Position numbers and translations under genes: made by a program
Part shown: in pieces, positions 1 to 9,755 of the stretch
Position numbering within the stretch: position 1 is the stretch's first letter
Layout: each line of letters starts with the position of its first letter
Source: Candidatus Hydrogenedentota bacterium
GTDB taxonomy: Bacteria; Hydrogenedentota; Hydrogenedentia; Hydrogenedentales; SLHB01
NCBI GenBank assembly: GCA_963668025.2
Contig: CAXXTH010000003.1
Location: 1 to 64,000, forward strand
DNA length: 64,000 bases
Reading direction: 5' to 3'
Notes under the pieces: generated by a model
What the model saw: the letters and a program-made list of their open reading frames with translations, nothing else
Told to the model about the DNA's origin: nothing
Database searches by the model: none

Positions 1-629
1 CTTATACCGCGGCCAATGAACGCTCTACAGGGAGCGCCATCTGCACCAGCCAGCAACAGGGGCAGCACGGTAAACATATAGGTTCCGGCTGCCACCCCTG
101 CAAGCCGCAATCCTTCTATAATTACGATATTATGCGCCAATAAGAGCCGGTGTACGCACGCGCCTTCTTCATCATCCGGGCCTACGGATAAGGAATCGAT
201 TCCGATAAGGCGCACGCCTTCTGTTACGAGCCGCTCCGCCGCGCGTATGCTTAATGCGGGATAATTCTCTTGGAGCGAACCTGTCGCGGAAGATTCAGAA
301 AAGGCGGTTTTCAGCAGTACACGCTCGGGGAGGCGTTGCGTTCCGAAGTCATCTGCTTCGATCACGGCCTTGTCACTCACCGCTACTAAACGAGCTTGCC
401 CGAAAAAGAGGCTTGGGTCGAGTTCATGGACCCGTTTCCCGTTTTCCAAATAATGCCACGGTGCATCCACATGCGTTCCGGTATGCGTGCAAAGCTGGAT
501 GGAGGAGGTGTTGCAGCCATCTCCTTTTGCGATTTGGCAAGCGGGGGCGATGGAGTAGGGAGTATCACCTGGCCACGTGACCATGCTCTCCTGGATTGGC
601 ATACTCACATCGACCCATTCAATGGCCAT
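1..629 (-). CDS. Cyclase family protein (kynurenine formamidase-like); 3' end runs off the window
   Basis: Not in the ORF track because there is no stop in the window. Manual minus-strand translation from ATG 629: MAIEWVDVSMPIQESMVTWPGD...HTGTHVDAPWHY...GIDSLSV...IIEGLRL...LPLLLAGADGAPCRA, matching the cyclase signature motifs. Confidence 0.9.
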   Translation of the reverse strand, partial: MAIEWVDVSMPIQESMVTWPGDTPYSIAPACQIAKGDGCNTSSIQLCTHTGTHVDAPWHYLENGKRVHELDPSLFFGQARLVAVSDKAVIEADDFGTQRLPERVLLKTAFSESSATGSLQENYPALSIRAAERLVTEGVRLIGIDSLSVGPDDEEGACVHRLLLAHNIVIIEGLRLAGVAAGTYMFTVLPLLLAGADGAPCRAFIGRGI

Positions 630-788
630 GAGCTTCTCTTTCTTGTCGTTCAGCCCTATCTGGAACGGCCAATGGCTTACTCCTTGTGCGCAGTAAGCAG
701 TATGCCAAATTTCGCGGAAAATGTCATTGCTTTTATGAGGGAAACATGCCATGAGCCCTTTTCATGGCGATTACGGTATACTCACGCC

Positions 789-1475
789 ATGAAATCATCG
801 TCCATCCGCATAAATTGGCGCTCTACAGGGAGCCTGCTCGCATTGTTTATGCTCATCGTCTTTCTGTGGGACACCTGGGCTGTCTATCCCTTGAAACTGC
901 TTGTGGTGTTTTTTCATGAATTGAGCCATGCCATGGCGGCATGGGCGACGGGGGGGCAGGTGCTTGGGATACGCCTCGATGCCGCTCAAGGCGGATTGTG
1001 TATTACCGAAGGCGGCATTCCTTGGCTCGTGGCCAGCGCAGGATATCTGGGCAGCATGGCTTGGGGCGCATTTCTGCTCATGTTGCCTTCGAAAGGCCGC
1101 GTGGCGCGGAATACCGTAATCGCTCTAGGCGTGCTGGTGATGGCGGCAAGCCTTTGGCTTATACGCCCATTTCTAGGTTTCGGATTCCTGTTCAGCCTAA
1201 TTTCTGGCATAGCGTTAATCTGGAGTGGACGCCAGTTTCCGGCGTGGGCCAATGCCTGGCTTTTGAACATCATTGGCCTTACAAGCTGCCTGTATGCCGT
1301 ATTAGACATCAAAAGCGACATACTCGAGCGCCCAGGCGCTATGTCTGATGCGGCTATCCTATCGCAGCTTACTGGCGTTCCTACGATCATTTGGGGGATC
1401 ATATGGTTTCTGGCCGCGCTGGCAGGTGCGTTTTATGCTCTTGCGCACGCCTGCGGGAAAAACACCGTACGCTGA
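789..1475 (+). CDS. M50B family intramembrane metallopeptidase
   Basis: HELSH zinc motif, SAGYLG, C-terminal SDA motif, several TM segments. Start set at ATG 789 because the longer ORF from 396 overlaps the divergent cyclase. Confidence 0.85.
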   Translation: MKSSSIRINWRSTGSLLALFMLIVFLWDTWAVYPLKLLVVFFHELSHAMAAWATGGQVLGIRLDAAQGGLCITEGGIPWLVASAGYLGSMAWGAFLLMLPSKGRVARNTVIALGVLVMAASLWLIRPFLGFGFLFSLISGIALIWSGRQFPAWANAWLLNIIGLTSCLYAVLDIKSDILERPGAMSDAAILSQLTGVPTIIWGIIWFLAALAGAFYALAHACGKNTVR

Positions 1476-1494
1476 TACGAAAGACATTTGGGCA

Positions 1495-3386
1495 ATCGAG
1501 TAGGGGGGTTCCTCACGGTCCCCCCCTCTCACACCACCGGGCATACCTGCTCGGTACCACGGCGGTTTCGGTCATTTTTGAACGTTTCGTACCGTTGAAC
1601 CGGGTCTATCAGTTTTTGTTTCGCGAACCATTGTTTGTCCATGGCGTGTTGCGCGGGAGGACTCCCCGCTTTGCGCCACCAGCCCTTCCCGGACCCTGCG
1701 AGTATCCACGCCTGAAATTGCGGCACGCCTAGTTTTCTAAGGAAGTCCGCTATGGTTTTCGTGCGCTTGAGGCGTTTGAGGATGACGCAGCGCAGTTTGC
1801 GCCGCATCCATTCCCCGAGGCGTTCCAGATGGCCCTTTGCTTCGGCAAACCGATAGTAGGTTATCCAGCCGCTCAGGAAGCTGTTGAGCTCCTCAATCAT
1901 CTGGCGCACTTTGGCGTCGCCGCGGTTGCGTCGCGTGATGTCGCGGATGCGGTCTTTCGCCCGGTCGAGGCTCTTGGGCGCGATGCCCAATCGCCCCCCA
2001 CCCAGCAAGCGATAACCCAAAAATTTCCGCTCTCCCACGAACGCCACCGCGCTCTTCTCGCGGTTCACCCGTAGTTTCAGCTTCCCCTCAAGGAACTGCG
2101 TGACCGATGTCAGGACACGTTCTCCCGCGCGTATCGTCTGCACGTAAATGTTGCAGTCGTCCGCATAGCGGCAAAAACGATGCCCTCGTTTCTCCAACTC
2201 CTTGTCCAGGTCGTCCAAGAGCAGGTTGGCCAGCAGCGGCGATAGAGGACCGCCTTGCGGGGTCCCTTCGTATCGTTCGATGCATACGCCGTTCTGCATC
2301 ATGCCGACTTCAAGAAACCAGCGGATGAGTCGGAGTACGCGTTTGTCTGACACGTGCCGCGCCACGCGCGCCATCAGGATGTCGTGGTTGACCCGGTCGA
2401 AGAATTTTTCCAGGTCCATGTCCACAACAATGCAGCGGCCTTCGCTTACGTACGTGCTGGCTTGCCGCAGCGCCTGATGTGCATTGTGCCTTGGACGAAA
2501 TCCATAACTGCTTTCCGAGAAGGCCGGGTCTAGAAGCGGTTCGAGAGCCTGCAAGAGCGCTTGTTGCACGACTCGGTCCACCACCGTCGGAATGCCCAGT
2601 TGCCGCATCCCCCCGCCCGGCTTGGGGATTTGCACTCCCAACACCGGTTGGGGACGGTAGCGCCCTGCCGTCAGTTCCTCTTGCAGTCCCCGCCAGTGTT
2701 CCGGAAACCAACGCTTCAGGTCGCGTACGCTCATGACGTCCGCACCCGCCGCGCCTTTGTTCCGTTGCACCCGGCGTACCGCTTCCGTCAGGTTCGCAAG
2801 ACTCGCGACCCGTTCCATCAAGTCTTGCGTCAAGGCTCGCCTCTTGTTCGCCGCCGGGGATAGTTGCCGCGCCTCGAACGCATCCGATTCGGTTCCGCCT
2901 TCTCCGATTGCGCCGTGGCAAGCCGACTCCAGTGGGAACTCCATCTGGCAACCTGCTACTTCCTGCCGCTCCCTATCCCACGAGACGTTCAATGCTGCTC
3001 CTTGAATGATCGATTCGGCCCTTCCCCTTGCGGGTATTATGGCCTCGGCTGACTCCTGCCCACCCCTCGCGACATGTTGCCATCCCGCTAGTCTGGCTCT
3101 TCCAGACAGATGAACAGGTCTCCCAAGGTAAGACGCGCCTCTTTCCGCCGGGCCTCGCCGGATTTACCAAGGTGTGTCCGAATGGTTATTGGGCGTCGCC
3201 ATCCATTGCTGGCTTGCCCCGCCACCCCGGCCTTCTATCCGGTTTCTGTGCGTCGAGTCCGACTTTTGCCTCCTGCTTCCTCCAGACCCCGCCTCGCGGC
3301 GACGCCCTTGCTCTTGGCTAGCAATTCCCACCATCAGGGCTTGCAGGGGACTTACACCCCTTAGATCCGCGCCATGCTTGGCACAC
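1495..3386 (-). mobile_element. Group IIC intron (ribozyme plus intron-encoded RT)
   Basis: Minus strand begins GTGTGCCAAGCATGGCG immediately after a terminator T-run and ends with DV/DVI-like GAAACCGCCGTGGTACC...GGTGGTGTGAGAGGGG...CCTACTCGAT. Confidence 0.9.
1529..2992 (-). CDS. ltrA: Group II intron reverse transcriptase/maturase, no endonuclease domain (true start may lie near 2818)
   Basis: IPKPGGGMRQLGIPTVVDR, SYGFRP, DLEKFFD, GTPQGGPLSPLL, RYADD, FLGY, followed by the X domain. Confidence 0.95.
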   Translation of the reverse strand: MNVSWDRERQEVAGCQMEFPLESACHGAIGEGGTESDAFEARQLSPAANKRRALTQDLMERVASLANLTEAVRRVQRNKGAAGADVMSVRDLKRWFPEHWRGLQEELTAGRYRPQPVLGVQIPKPGGGMRQLGIPTVVDRVVQQALLQALEPLLDPAFSESSYGFRPRHNAHQALRQASTYVSEGRCIVVDMDLEKFFDRVNHDILMARVARHVSDKRVLRLIRWFLEVGMMQNGVCIERYEGTPQGGPLSPLLANLLLDDLDKELEKRGHRFCRYADDCNIYVQTIRAGERVLTSVTQFLEGKLKLRVNREKSAVAFVGERKFLGYRLLGGGRLGIAPKSLDRAKDRIRDITRRNRGDAKVRQMIEELNSFLSGWITYYRFAEAKGHLERLGEWMRRKLRCVILKRLKRTKTIADFLRKLGVPQFQAWILAGSGKGWWRKAGSPPAQHAMDKQWFAKQKLIDPVQRYETFKNDRNRRGTEQVCPVV

Positions 3387-3414
3387 AAAAAAAAAGGGCG
3401 CTTGAAAGCGCCCT
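3387..3414 (-). terminator. Intrinsic terminator of the small peptide gene; target of the IIC intron
   Basis: On the minus strand, AGGGCGCTTTCAAGCGCCCT hairpin running into a 9-T tract. Confidence 0.9.
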
Positions 3415-3445
3415 CACGTGGAATATACCATGAATATCTTAAAAG

Positions 3446-3619
3446 TTAGCCCTTGCAGAGTTCTGTCACGCCAATTACATCCGTATCTTGAACGGTATAA
3501 CCCAGCAGTTCAAGCAATCCAACGACGATTCCACCCTCAACGGTCACGGGTACGGTTTTGCAGTTTTCGCTTACAGCTTTGGCAGGCAGCATTCGGCTGA
3601 TAGGTTTCATGTGGCGCAT
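3446..3619 (-). CDS. Small 57-aa peptide of unknown function
   Basis: Strong RBS (AAAGGAGA) ahead of the ATG and its own terminator. Sequence MRHMKPISRMLPAKAVSENCKTVPVTVEGGIVVGLLELLGYTVQDTDVIGVTELCKG. Confidence 0.65.
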   Translation of the reverse strand: MRHMKPISRMLPAKAVSENCKTVPVTVEGGIVVGLLELLGYTVQDTDVIGVTELCKG

Positions 3620-3739
3620 ATCACGTTCTCCTTTTGGTTGTTCCCCTCGCATAACGGTATTATGCTGCATATGATGCGAAAATGCAAGAGCCGGAATCGC
3701 CAGACAAGAAGATTAGAACATAAACATGAGAACGTTCTA

Positions 3740-3883
3740 TAATCCTCTTTATAACTTCCCTGTAGCATGGGCGTCTCGCCCATGAAGCAATGGATATGGC
3801 ATTCGCTTTATGAGTGAGACGCCCATGCCATGGGAAAATGAACCAAATTAGCAAATAATAGCCCTTGAATATGAAATGGAGTA
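3740..3883. repeat. REP doublet inside a MITE-like unit
   Basis: GTAGCATGGGCGTCTCGCCCATG with an inverted degenerate copy; imperfect AT-rich terminal IRs; same REP family as 22348-22395. Confidence 0.6.
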
Positions 3884-3893
3884 ACATGCGGAT

Positions 3894-4352
3894 ATGACCA
3901 TTCCGGATACGGCGCAGCAAGATATCGTTATCATTTATACAGATGGAGGATGCCGTCCCAATCCTGGCACGGGCGGATGGGCGGCCATACTTACCTACCG
4001 TGGGCATGTCAAAGAAATGTCCGGTGGAGAAAACAATACGACCAATAACCGCATGGAATTGACTGCCGCCGTCGAGGCGCTTCATGCCCTTAAACGTTCG
4101 TCGCAGGTCGAATTATATACGGATTCGCAATATCTGAAGCGTGGCATCACGGAGTGGCTGCCTGCGTGGAAGCGGCGTGGATGGGTGCGCAAGGATGGTG
4201 AGTTGAAGAACGAAGATTTGTGGAAACGGCTGGACCGGCTGGCCGGCAAGCACCAGATTGAATGGAAATGGGTTCGAGGCCATGCCGGTGATGCAATGAA
4301 CGAACGGTGTGACCAATTGGCCCAAGCGGCAATAGACAAAATCGCACGGTAA
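3894..4352 (+). CDS. rnhA: Ribonuclease HI
   Basis: YTDGGCRPNPGTGGW, TTNNRMELTA, TDSQY, WVRGHAG, NERCD motifs. Confidence 0.97.
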   Translation: MTIPDTAQQDIVIIYTDGGCRPNPGTGGWAAILTYRGHVKEMSGGENNTTNNRMELTAAVEALHALKRSSQVELYTDSQYLKRGITEWLPAWKRRGWVRKDGELKNEDLWKRLDRLAGKHQIEWKWVRGHAGDAMNERCDQLAQAAIDKIAR

Positions 4353-4395
4353 ATGCCCCATTGCGGGGCTTAAATACGTTCAGGACAACGAAAAT

Positions 4396-7155
4396 ATGCC
4401 AAAATCGCGCCAAAGCCGGCTCTCTTTGCCGCTATATGTTATTCCCATCTTGATCGGGTTTTCGGGCATTCTTTTGTCCCGCCAGTTTCCCAACACGGTT
4501 GTTCGCAGTTTAATCGTGCTGCTGTCCGTCTCCGCGCCTCTGTTCACTTTGGGCAATGCCGTGGCGCGGCTGCGCATCGAGCGCGGCCGCTGGCGCATGG
4601 CGATTTTGGGCGCTTTCATGCTTATCGCCGGTGGCGTAGTCATGCTGTGGGATTTGGCCGCAGGCTCCGAAGAGCTAACGGGCTTTTTTACCCCGTGGGG
4701 CGAAGTCTCGGACCGGGTGTGGGAGTTGTCCCGCTGGATCGGCACGGCGGGCTTGCTGGTAGGCATGGTGGTGCTGCTTTATATCGTCGTGCGCCGCGAG
4801 GAGGAAGTAGGCGAATTGGTCCGCCGCTTTAGTTCTCTTGCCGAGCAGATGGGCGAAGGATTTCTCGTCACGGATACAAAGGGAGATATCATCCTGGCCA
4901 ATCGCAGTTTGCTCGATATGACGGGATTGCATGAGCAGGATATTCTGGGCCGCGATATTGGCTCCATAGCAGGCAAACAAGAACTGCGCTCGATGTTTTC
5001 CATGCTCGATCAGCGGCGGCAGGGCAAGGCTACGGAGTATACGCTGGCCTGGGACCGGAATGGCGTCGAACGGCATTTCTGGGTCAGCGGCACGCCCATT
5101 TTCGGCCCGCGCGGCGGATTCGCGGGCGCGCTCGCTACATTTCGCGATATCACCGAACTCCATCAGCTCTCCCAACGCCTCGAACAATACACCCAGGATC
5201 TCGAAAAACTCGTTGAAGACCGCACCTATAAGCTTCTTCGCTCGGAAGAACGGGTCCGTGAATTGTTAAAGACCATGAGTGAGGGCTTTCTAACAGTGGA
5301 TGAACATTTTACCATCCACTTCGCCAATGACAGGATGCATGCGCTCCTACGCGCGGAGGAGGGCAAGCTTCCGGGAGAGGATCTGCTGGCGTATGTCTCG
5401 CCCGCCCATTGCGGACGCCTGCATGAATTGGTCCAGACCGCCCACTTGCCCGAAGAGGAGCGCCTGCGCCCAGAAGTGGCGCTGGTGCGAAAAGACGGAC
5501 AGCCCGTTACCGTTGTTATCGCCGTAGCGCCGATCACGCTGGCCGAGGCGGATTCGGCCCGCTATTCTCTTGTGGTCACGGATGTCCGTGAATTTAAGCG
5601 CATGCAGCGGGAAATGGAAGAACGCGCCGCCCAGCTCGAGGCGGTCAATGAAGAATTAAGGATGCTGGGCCGGGCTAAAGACGGCTTTCTCACCAATGTG
5701 AGCCATGAATTGCGCACGCCATTAAGCACCATTCGCGGCTATGTCGAAATGCTCGAATCGGGCGCTTTAGGGAAGCTGGATGACGTACAGGCCAACGCCC
5801 TGCGTGTCATGTACCGTAATGTGGACCGGCTCGGTTTCTTGATCGAGGAAATGCTCGAATTCAGCCGCCTGCAAATTCGCGGCATTGAACTGATGCGCAC
5901 CCTTGTCCGCGTCGAGCAGCTTATGCAGGAATGCGCCCATTCGGCCCACCCGCAACTCGAAGCCAAAGGGATGTCGCTGCATGCCGAGGTCTCGGAAGGC
6001 CTGCCATCCGCCTGGCTCGACCGGAAACGGATAGGACAGATCTTGCAGATTCTACTGTCCAACGCCATCAAGTTCAGCCATCCAGGCGGAACGATCACGT
6101 GCCGCGCATCAGAGCGTGAGAACGCCACGCTCGCGCTCTCCGTTTGCGATCAAGGCATCGGTATAGACAAAGTCCACATGAAGCAAGTATTTGAAAAGTT
6201 TTACCAAGTGGATGGCTCCTTGGCGCGCCGGTATGAAGGAGCAGGCATCGGTCTGTCTATCGCCAAAAGCATCACGGAAGCCCATGGCGGCCATATCGAG
6301 CTCGAAAGTGAATTAGGCAAAGGTTCGGTATTCACGATTGTTTTGCCTAACGCCCTTTTTAGCGCGCCAGCCGTGCAGCCAATCCAGACGGCTTCCACCC
6401 GCATATTGCTGGTGGACCATATCGATGAATCCGCGGATGCGCTACGCAATGCATTAGAAGCCGCAGGATGCGGTGTCACTATGGCTGCCAGCACCTTTGC
6501 CGCCGTACGCTTTCTAAGCGAGCGCTCGTTTGATGCCACATTTCTGGCCGACACTATGCCTGATCTGCCGTGCGCTTCCGCCGTGGTTAAAATGCGCGAA
6601 ACGGCGGAGGAAACGCAGATGCTGCTACTGGTGTCAGTCGATGAACATATAAGTGGGGAAGAAGCGGCTAGATTGAATGCTTTGGGTGCGCGCCTGCTTC
6701 GGCGTCCTTTTACCGCCGAGCAACTGGCCCGCGCCATTTTCCAGACTTATGATGTGCTGGAGCCAATGGAATCCGAAGAGATTTCCAGAAACGGCATGGA
6801 AGAGGCTGCTAGTGTCTTGGTTGTTGAATCCGATCCGGATATGCGGGAGTGGCTGGAAACCGCCCTTACCCTGCGCGGCATGCATTGCCTTGCCGCTTCG
6901 GATATCACACATGCGGCCCAACTCGCTAAAGAGGCGTGTTTGCGAGCGGTTTTCTTGGATACGGACCCGCCGGAGAGCAGCATAAGCGTCTTGCGGGAAG
7001 CCTTGGGCGGACTGTCTTGTCCTATCTTTGTGCTCACTGGTTTGGAAGAGGGAATAAAAAAATACGAGGACGCCCATGGCGTCCTCGTAAAGCCGTTCCG
7101 TATTCAAGACGCCCTCTCGCTTTTGTCCACGCTGGAATCCCCAGCCGCCAACTGA
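4396..7155 (+). CDS. Membrane PAS-PAS hybrid sensor histidine kinase with two C-terminal receiver-like domains
   Basis: N-terminal TMs, two PAS domains, NVSHELRTPL, NAIKFS, DQGIGI, GAGIGL, two REC folds (the first degenerate). Confidence 0.9.
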   Translation: MPKSRQSRLSLPLYVIPILIGFSGILLSRQFPNTVVRSLIVLLSVSAPLFTLGNAVARLRIERGRWRMAILGAFMLIAGGVVMLWDLAAGSEELTGFFTPWGEVSDRVWELSRWIGTAGLLVGMVVLLYIVVRREEEVGELVRRFSSLAEQMGEGFLVTDTKGDIILANRSLLDMTGLHEQDILGRDIGSIAGKQELRSMFSMLDQRRQGKATEYTLAWDRNGVERHFWVSGTPIFGPRGGFAGALATFRDITELHQLSQRLEQYTQDLEKLVEDRTYKLLRSEERVRELLKTMSEGFLTVDEHFTIHFANDRMHALLRAEEGKLPGEDLLAYVSPAHCGRLHELVQTAHLPEEERLRPEVALVRKDGQPVTVVIAVAPITLAEADSARYSLVVTDVREFKRMQREMEERAAQLEAVNEELRMLGRAKDGFLTNVSHELRTPLSTIRGYVEMLESGALGKLDDVQANALRVMYRNVDRLGFLIEEMLEFSRLQIRGIELMRTLVRVEQLMQECAHSAHPQLEAKGMSLHAEVSEGLPSAWLDRKRIGQILQILLSNAIKFSHPGGTITCRASERENATLALSVCDQGIGIDKVHMKQVFEKFYQVDGSLARRYEGAGIGLSIAKSITEAHGGHIELESELGKGSVFTIVLPNALFSAPAVQPIQTASTRILLVDHIDESADALRNALEAAGCGVTMAASTFAAVRFLSERSFDATFLADTMPDLPCASAVVKMRETAEETQMLLLVSVDEHISGEEAARLNALGARLLRRPFTAEQLARAIFQTYDVLEPMESEEISRNGMEEAASVLVVESDPDMREWLETALTLRGMHCLAASDITHAAQLAKEACLRAVFLDTDPPESSISVLREALGGLSCPIFVLTGLEEGIKKYEDAHGVLVKPFRIQDALSLLSTLESPAAN

Positions 7156-7172
7156 AAGCGAGAGCCGCCTTT

Positions 7173-7733
7173 TTACTCGAGATTGGCGTGATACCGCCAG
7201 AGTTCCTTGAGATCGATGCCTCGGCGGCGGGCGATCTGGAGCGCCACCGTATCGCCCAGCAGCAGCAAACTCTGTTCAAAAAGGCTGCTCATAATCTGCT
7301 TGGACTGGATCTCGTCTTCCAGATTTAGCTTAGTTTTAACGGGAATCCGCACCATCAGGTCCGTGATGGATTCGAGCGAGCTATGCGGATTCGAGCCGAT
7401 ATGCACGATCCGCGCGCCATGCCGCTTGGCGATCCGCGCGATGGCCACGGGAACGGCCGATTCTCCAGAGCCGGAGCCCACCACCAGGATATCCTCCGGC
7501 GTGATGGCGGGCTCGTTAATATCGCCCACCACATGGGTCTGAATGCCCAGGTGGTAAAAACGCTTGGCCATGGCTTCGAGCGACAGTTTCACCCGGCCCA
7601 CGCCCGTGAAAAAGACGTGGCTGGCATCGAGCAACAGCTCGATAAAGCGCTCGATCTCATCTGGTTTGACGGAATCAAGGCTCGCACCCAGTTCGCCCAG
7701 GATTTCTTTGCTTACTTCGTGGAAACCGGGCAT
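7173..7733 (-). CDS. hxlB: 6-phospho-3-hexuloisomerase-like SIS-domain protein
   Basis: GVGRV, GSGSGES, SLFEQ and C-terminal HANLE. Confidence 0.85.
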   Translation of the reverse strand: MPGFHEVSKEILGELGASLDSVKPDEIERFIELLLDASHVFFTGVGRVKLSLEAMAKRFYHLGIQTHVVGDINEPAITPEDILVVGSGSGESAVPVAIARIAKRHGARIVHIGSNPHSSLESITDLMVRIPVKTKLNLEDEIQSKQIMSSLFEQSLLLLGDTVALQIARRRGIDLKELWRYHANLE

Positions 7734-8644
7734 GATGCGCGCTCCATTTGCTCTTTCCAATACTGGACGCTTGCTTTTAAAATATCCACATATCCGAATT
7801 CACTTGGGTAAAACGCTTTTGCCCCAAGTTCGAAGGCCAGAAGCACGTCGCCTTCGCATGATTCATTCACGGTCCGCAAAACTTCATCCGCTTTGATGAT
7901 GCCCTTTTTGTTGTACGCATCCGTGAACGGCCAATGGCATGAAGCGCTGTTGTCCGTCTGCTGGATGTGGATGACGGGGGCGTCCTTGCCGAAGGCGCAT
8001 ATCCAGGCAAGCGGATCCGCGTCGTCCGGGTTATCCGTGCCCAGGTTGCGGTGGCCCACATCCAGGCACAGCTTCATGGGCACGGCCATGTTTTTTAGTT
8101 TTTCCATGACTTCCTGCGTCTCGGCGATGGTCGCGCATGATTCACGCGCCACGCTGGTGGTCTCGAACAACAGGTGTTGAAGGCCTTTCTCCTTGGCATA
8201 TTCCGCCAGGCGGTAATAGGCGTCAACGGCGTCCTGCATGATCATGGCGCGGCGCTGGGGATTGTCATTGTCCCGCACGGTCATGATGGCGAAACAGGTG
8301 CCGAAGCCTTCACTACCCAGATACGCCGTTTGATCGATGCAACGCTTAAACCACTGTTCCGACTCCCGCCGCACTTCCTCGTCCGGATGGCCCAGGTAGT
8401 GTTGGTGGGAATGATGGCCGCCAAAACTGCTTTTGATGGTGATGCCATATTTCGCCGCCGCCTCGAGCGTTTCATCACAGATCCGCTGTTGAAGCGGCCA
8501 GGGATAATACGGATCCAGCAGGTCGATGCAATACTGCACCGTCGATATGCCCAATTCTTCCGCGCAGAGCCGGGTCCATTCCTCGGGCTCCGTCCATCGG
8601 TTCGTAAAACAATTGCAATTTACGCCTAAAATAATGTTCGCCAT
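7712..8644 (-). CDS. TIM-barrel sugar-phosphate isomerase/epimerase (EryC-like)
   Basis: LGVNCNCFTNRW, LLFE, LDVGH, IHIQQTD...HWPFT motifs. Confidence 0.75.
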   Translation of the reverse strand: MANIILGVNCNCFTNRWTEPEEWTRLCAEELGISTVQYCIDLLDPYYPWPLQQRICDETLEAAAKYGITIKSSFGGHHSHQHYLGHPDEEVRRESEQWFKRCIDQTAYLGSEGFGTCFAIMTVRDNDNPQRRAMIMQDAVDAYYRLAEYAKEKGLQHLLFETTSVARESCATIAETQEVMEKLKNMAVPMKLCLDVGHRNLGTDNPDDADPLAWICAFGKDAPVIHIQQTDNSASCHWPFTDAYNKKGIIKADEVLRTVNESCEGDVLLAFELGAKAFYPSEFGYVDILKASVQYWKEQMERASCPVSTK

Positions 8645-8660
8645 AACGCCTCGCTAGTTC

Positions 8661-9749
8661 CTACTCTTCAATATCCCATGGATACACAACCGTCTTGACA
8701 CTCTGCCGGTCCACCACCATTTTGAATGCCTGTTCGATATCCGCCAGCGCAAACCGGTGGGTGATATAATCTTTCGCCGCGATTTTGCCCTTCGCGATCA
8801 AGTCGAGGGCTTCCGCGTTTTGCCGACCCAGGCTCGAGGACGCGCCGCTCAAATAGCACTCGATGTAGTGAATGCGGTTGGCGTTGATGGTGATGTTGCA
8901 GTTATCTTTCGGCAATCCGCCGAAGAAATTGATGCGCCCGCCTGGGGCCACCAAATCCAGCGCTTGCTCTTGGGCCTGCGGCGAGGGTGCGGCCACGATG
9001 ATCACATCCGCCCCCAGCCCATCCGTTTCCTCTTTCAAACGTGATGGCAAATCTTCTTCCGAGCTGTTGATAATTACATCCGGCGCAAAACGTTTGGCCA
9101 TGTCGAGGCGGTATTGCGAGCGCTGCGTCACCATGACCTTGCTCGCGCCCCGTGCGCGCGCCAATTGGATGTGCATGCATCCCGCTGGACCCGCGCCCAT
9201 GATCAGCACGGTGTCGCCCGCCTGGATACCCACTTTCTCCTGTGCGTTGATGCAGCACGCCAGCAGTTCCGACATGGACGCCTCGGAATAGCTGAGGCCG
9301 TCCGGAATGCGGTTTACGCCGCCCGCCCGCACGACGCTCTCGGGAGGGACGATATACTGCGCGAAGCCGCCCGAACTGGCATAGCCGATCGAGGGCTGTG
9401 GATTGATGCAGATGTTGCCCATCCCCGCTTTGCAGTACTTGCATTCGCTGCATCCATGAATCGGCGCGACGCACACCCGTTCGCCCACGCGGTATGAACC
9501 GGACACCGCCGCGCCCACTTCCACGATCTCGCCCGCGATCTCGTGGCCAATGATTCGCGGCAGCGTGGCCCGCGGATCACCCTTCAGAAATATCCGCATG
9601 TCGGACCCGCATACGGCGCACGCATGCACCTTGATCTTCATGCTTCCCGGCAGCAACTCGGGCTCCGGAACCTCGCGGGCAACGACTTGCCCTAACGCTT
9701 CAACCACACCTGCCAGCACGGTATCATCACTCCTCTTTGTTGAATCCAC
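8661..9749 (-). CDS. Zn-dependent polyol (L-iditol/sorbitol-type) dehydrogenase
   Basis: CGSD, GHE, four-Cys structural zinc site, GAGPAG. Confidence 0.9.
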   Translation of the reverse strand: MDSTKRSDDTVLAGVVEALGQVVAREVPEPELLPGSMKIKVHACAVCGSDMRIFLKGDPRATLPRIIGHEIAGEIVEVGAAVSGSYRVGERVCVAPIHGCSECKYCKAGMGNICINPQPSIGYASSGGFAQYIVPPESVVRAGGVNRIPDGLSYSEASMSELLACCINAQEKVGIQAGDTVLIMGAGPAGCMHIQLARARGASKVMVTQRSQYRLDMAKRFAPDVIINSSEEDLPSRLKEETDGLGADVIIVAAPSPQAQEQALDLVAPGGRINFFGGLPKDNCNITINANRIHYIECYLSGASSSLGRQNAEALDLIAKGKIAAKDYITHRFALADIEQAFKMVVDRQSVKTVVYPWDIEE

Positions 9750-9755
9750 TAGCGG

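Noticed and set aside
396-788. N-terminal extension of the 359-aa ORF
   Set aside because: It is antisense to the cyclase gene; the peptidase most plausibly starts at 789.
21-833. Exact 15-mer CGCTCTACAGGGAGC at 21 and 819
   Set aside because: Both copies lie inside unrelated CDSs, and a few such matches are expected by chance in 64 kb.
1529-4352. RT near RNase H as a retron, DGR or defence system
   Set aside because: The RT is a standard group IIC maturase within intron boundaries, rnhA is the housekeeping gene, and no template/variable repeat pair or msr-msd was seen.
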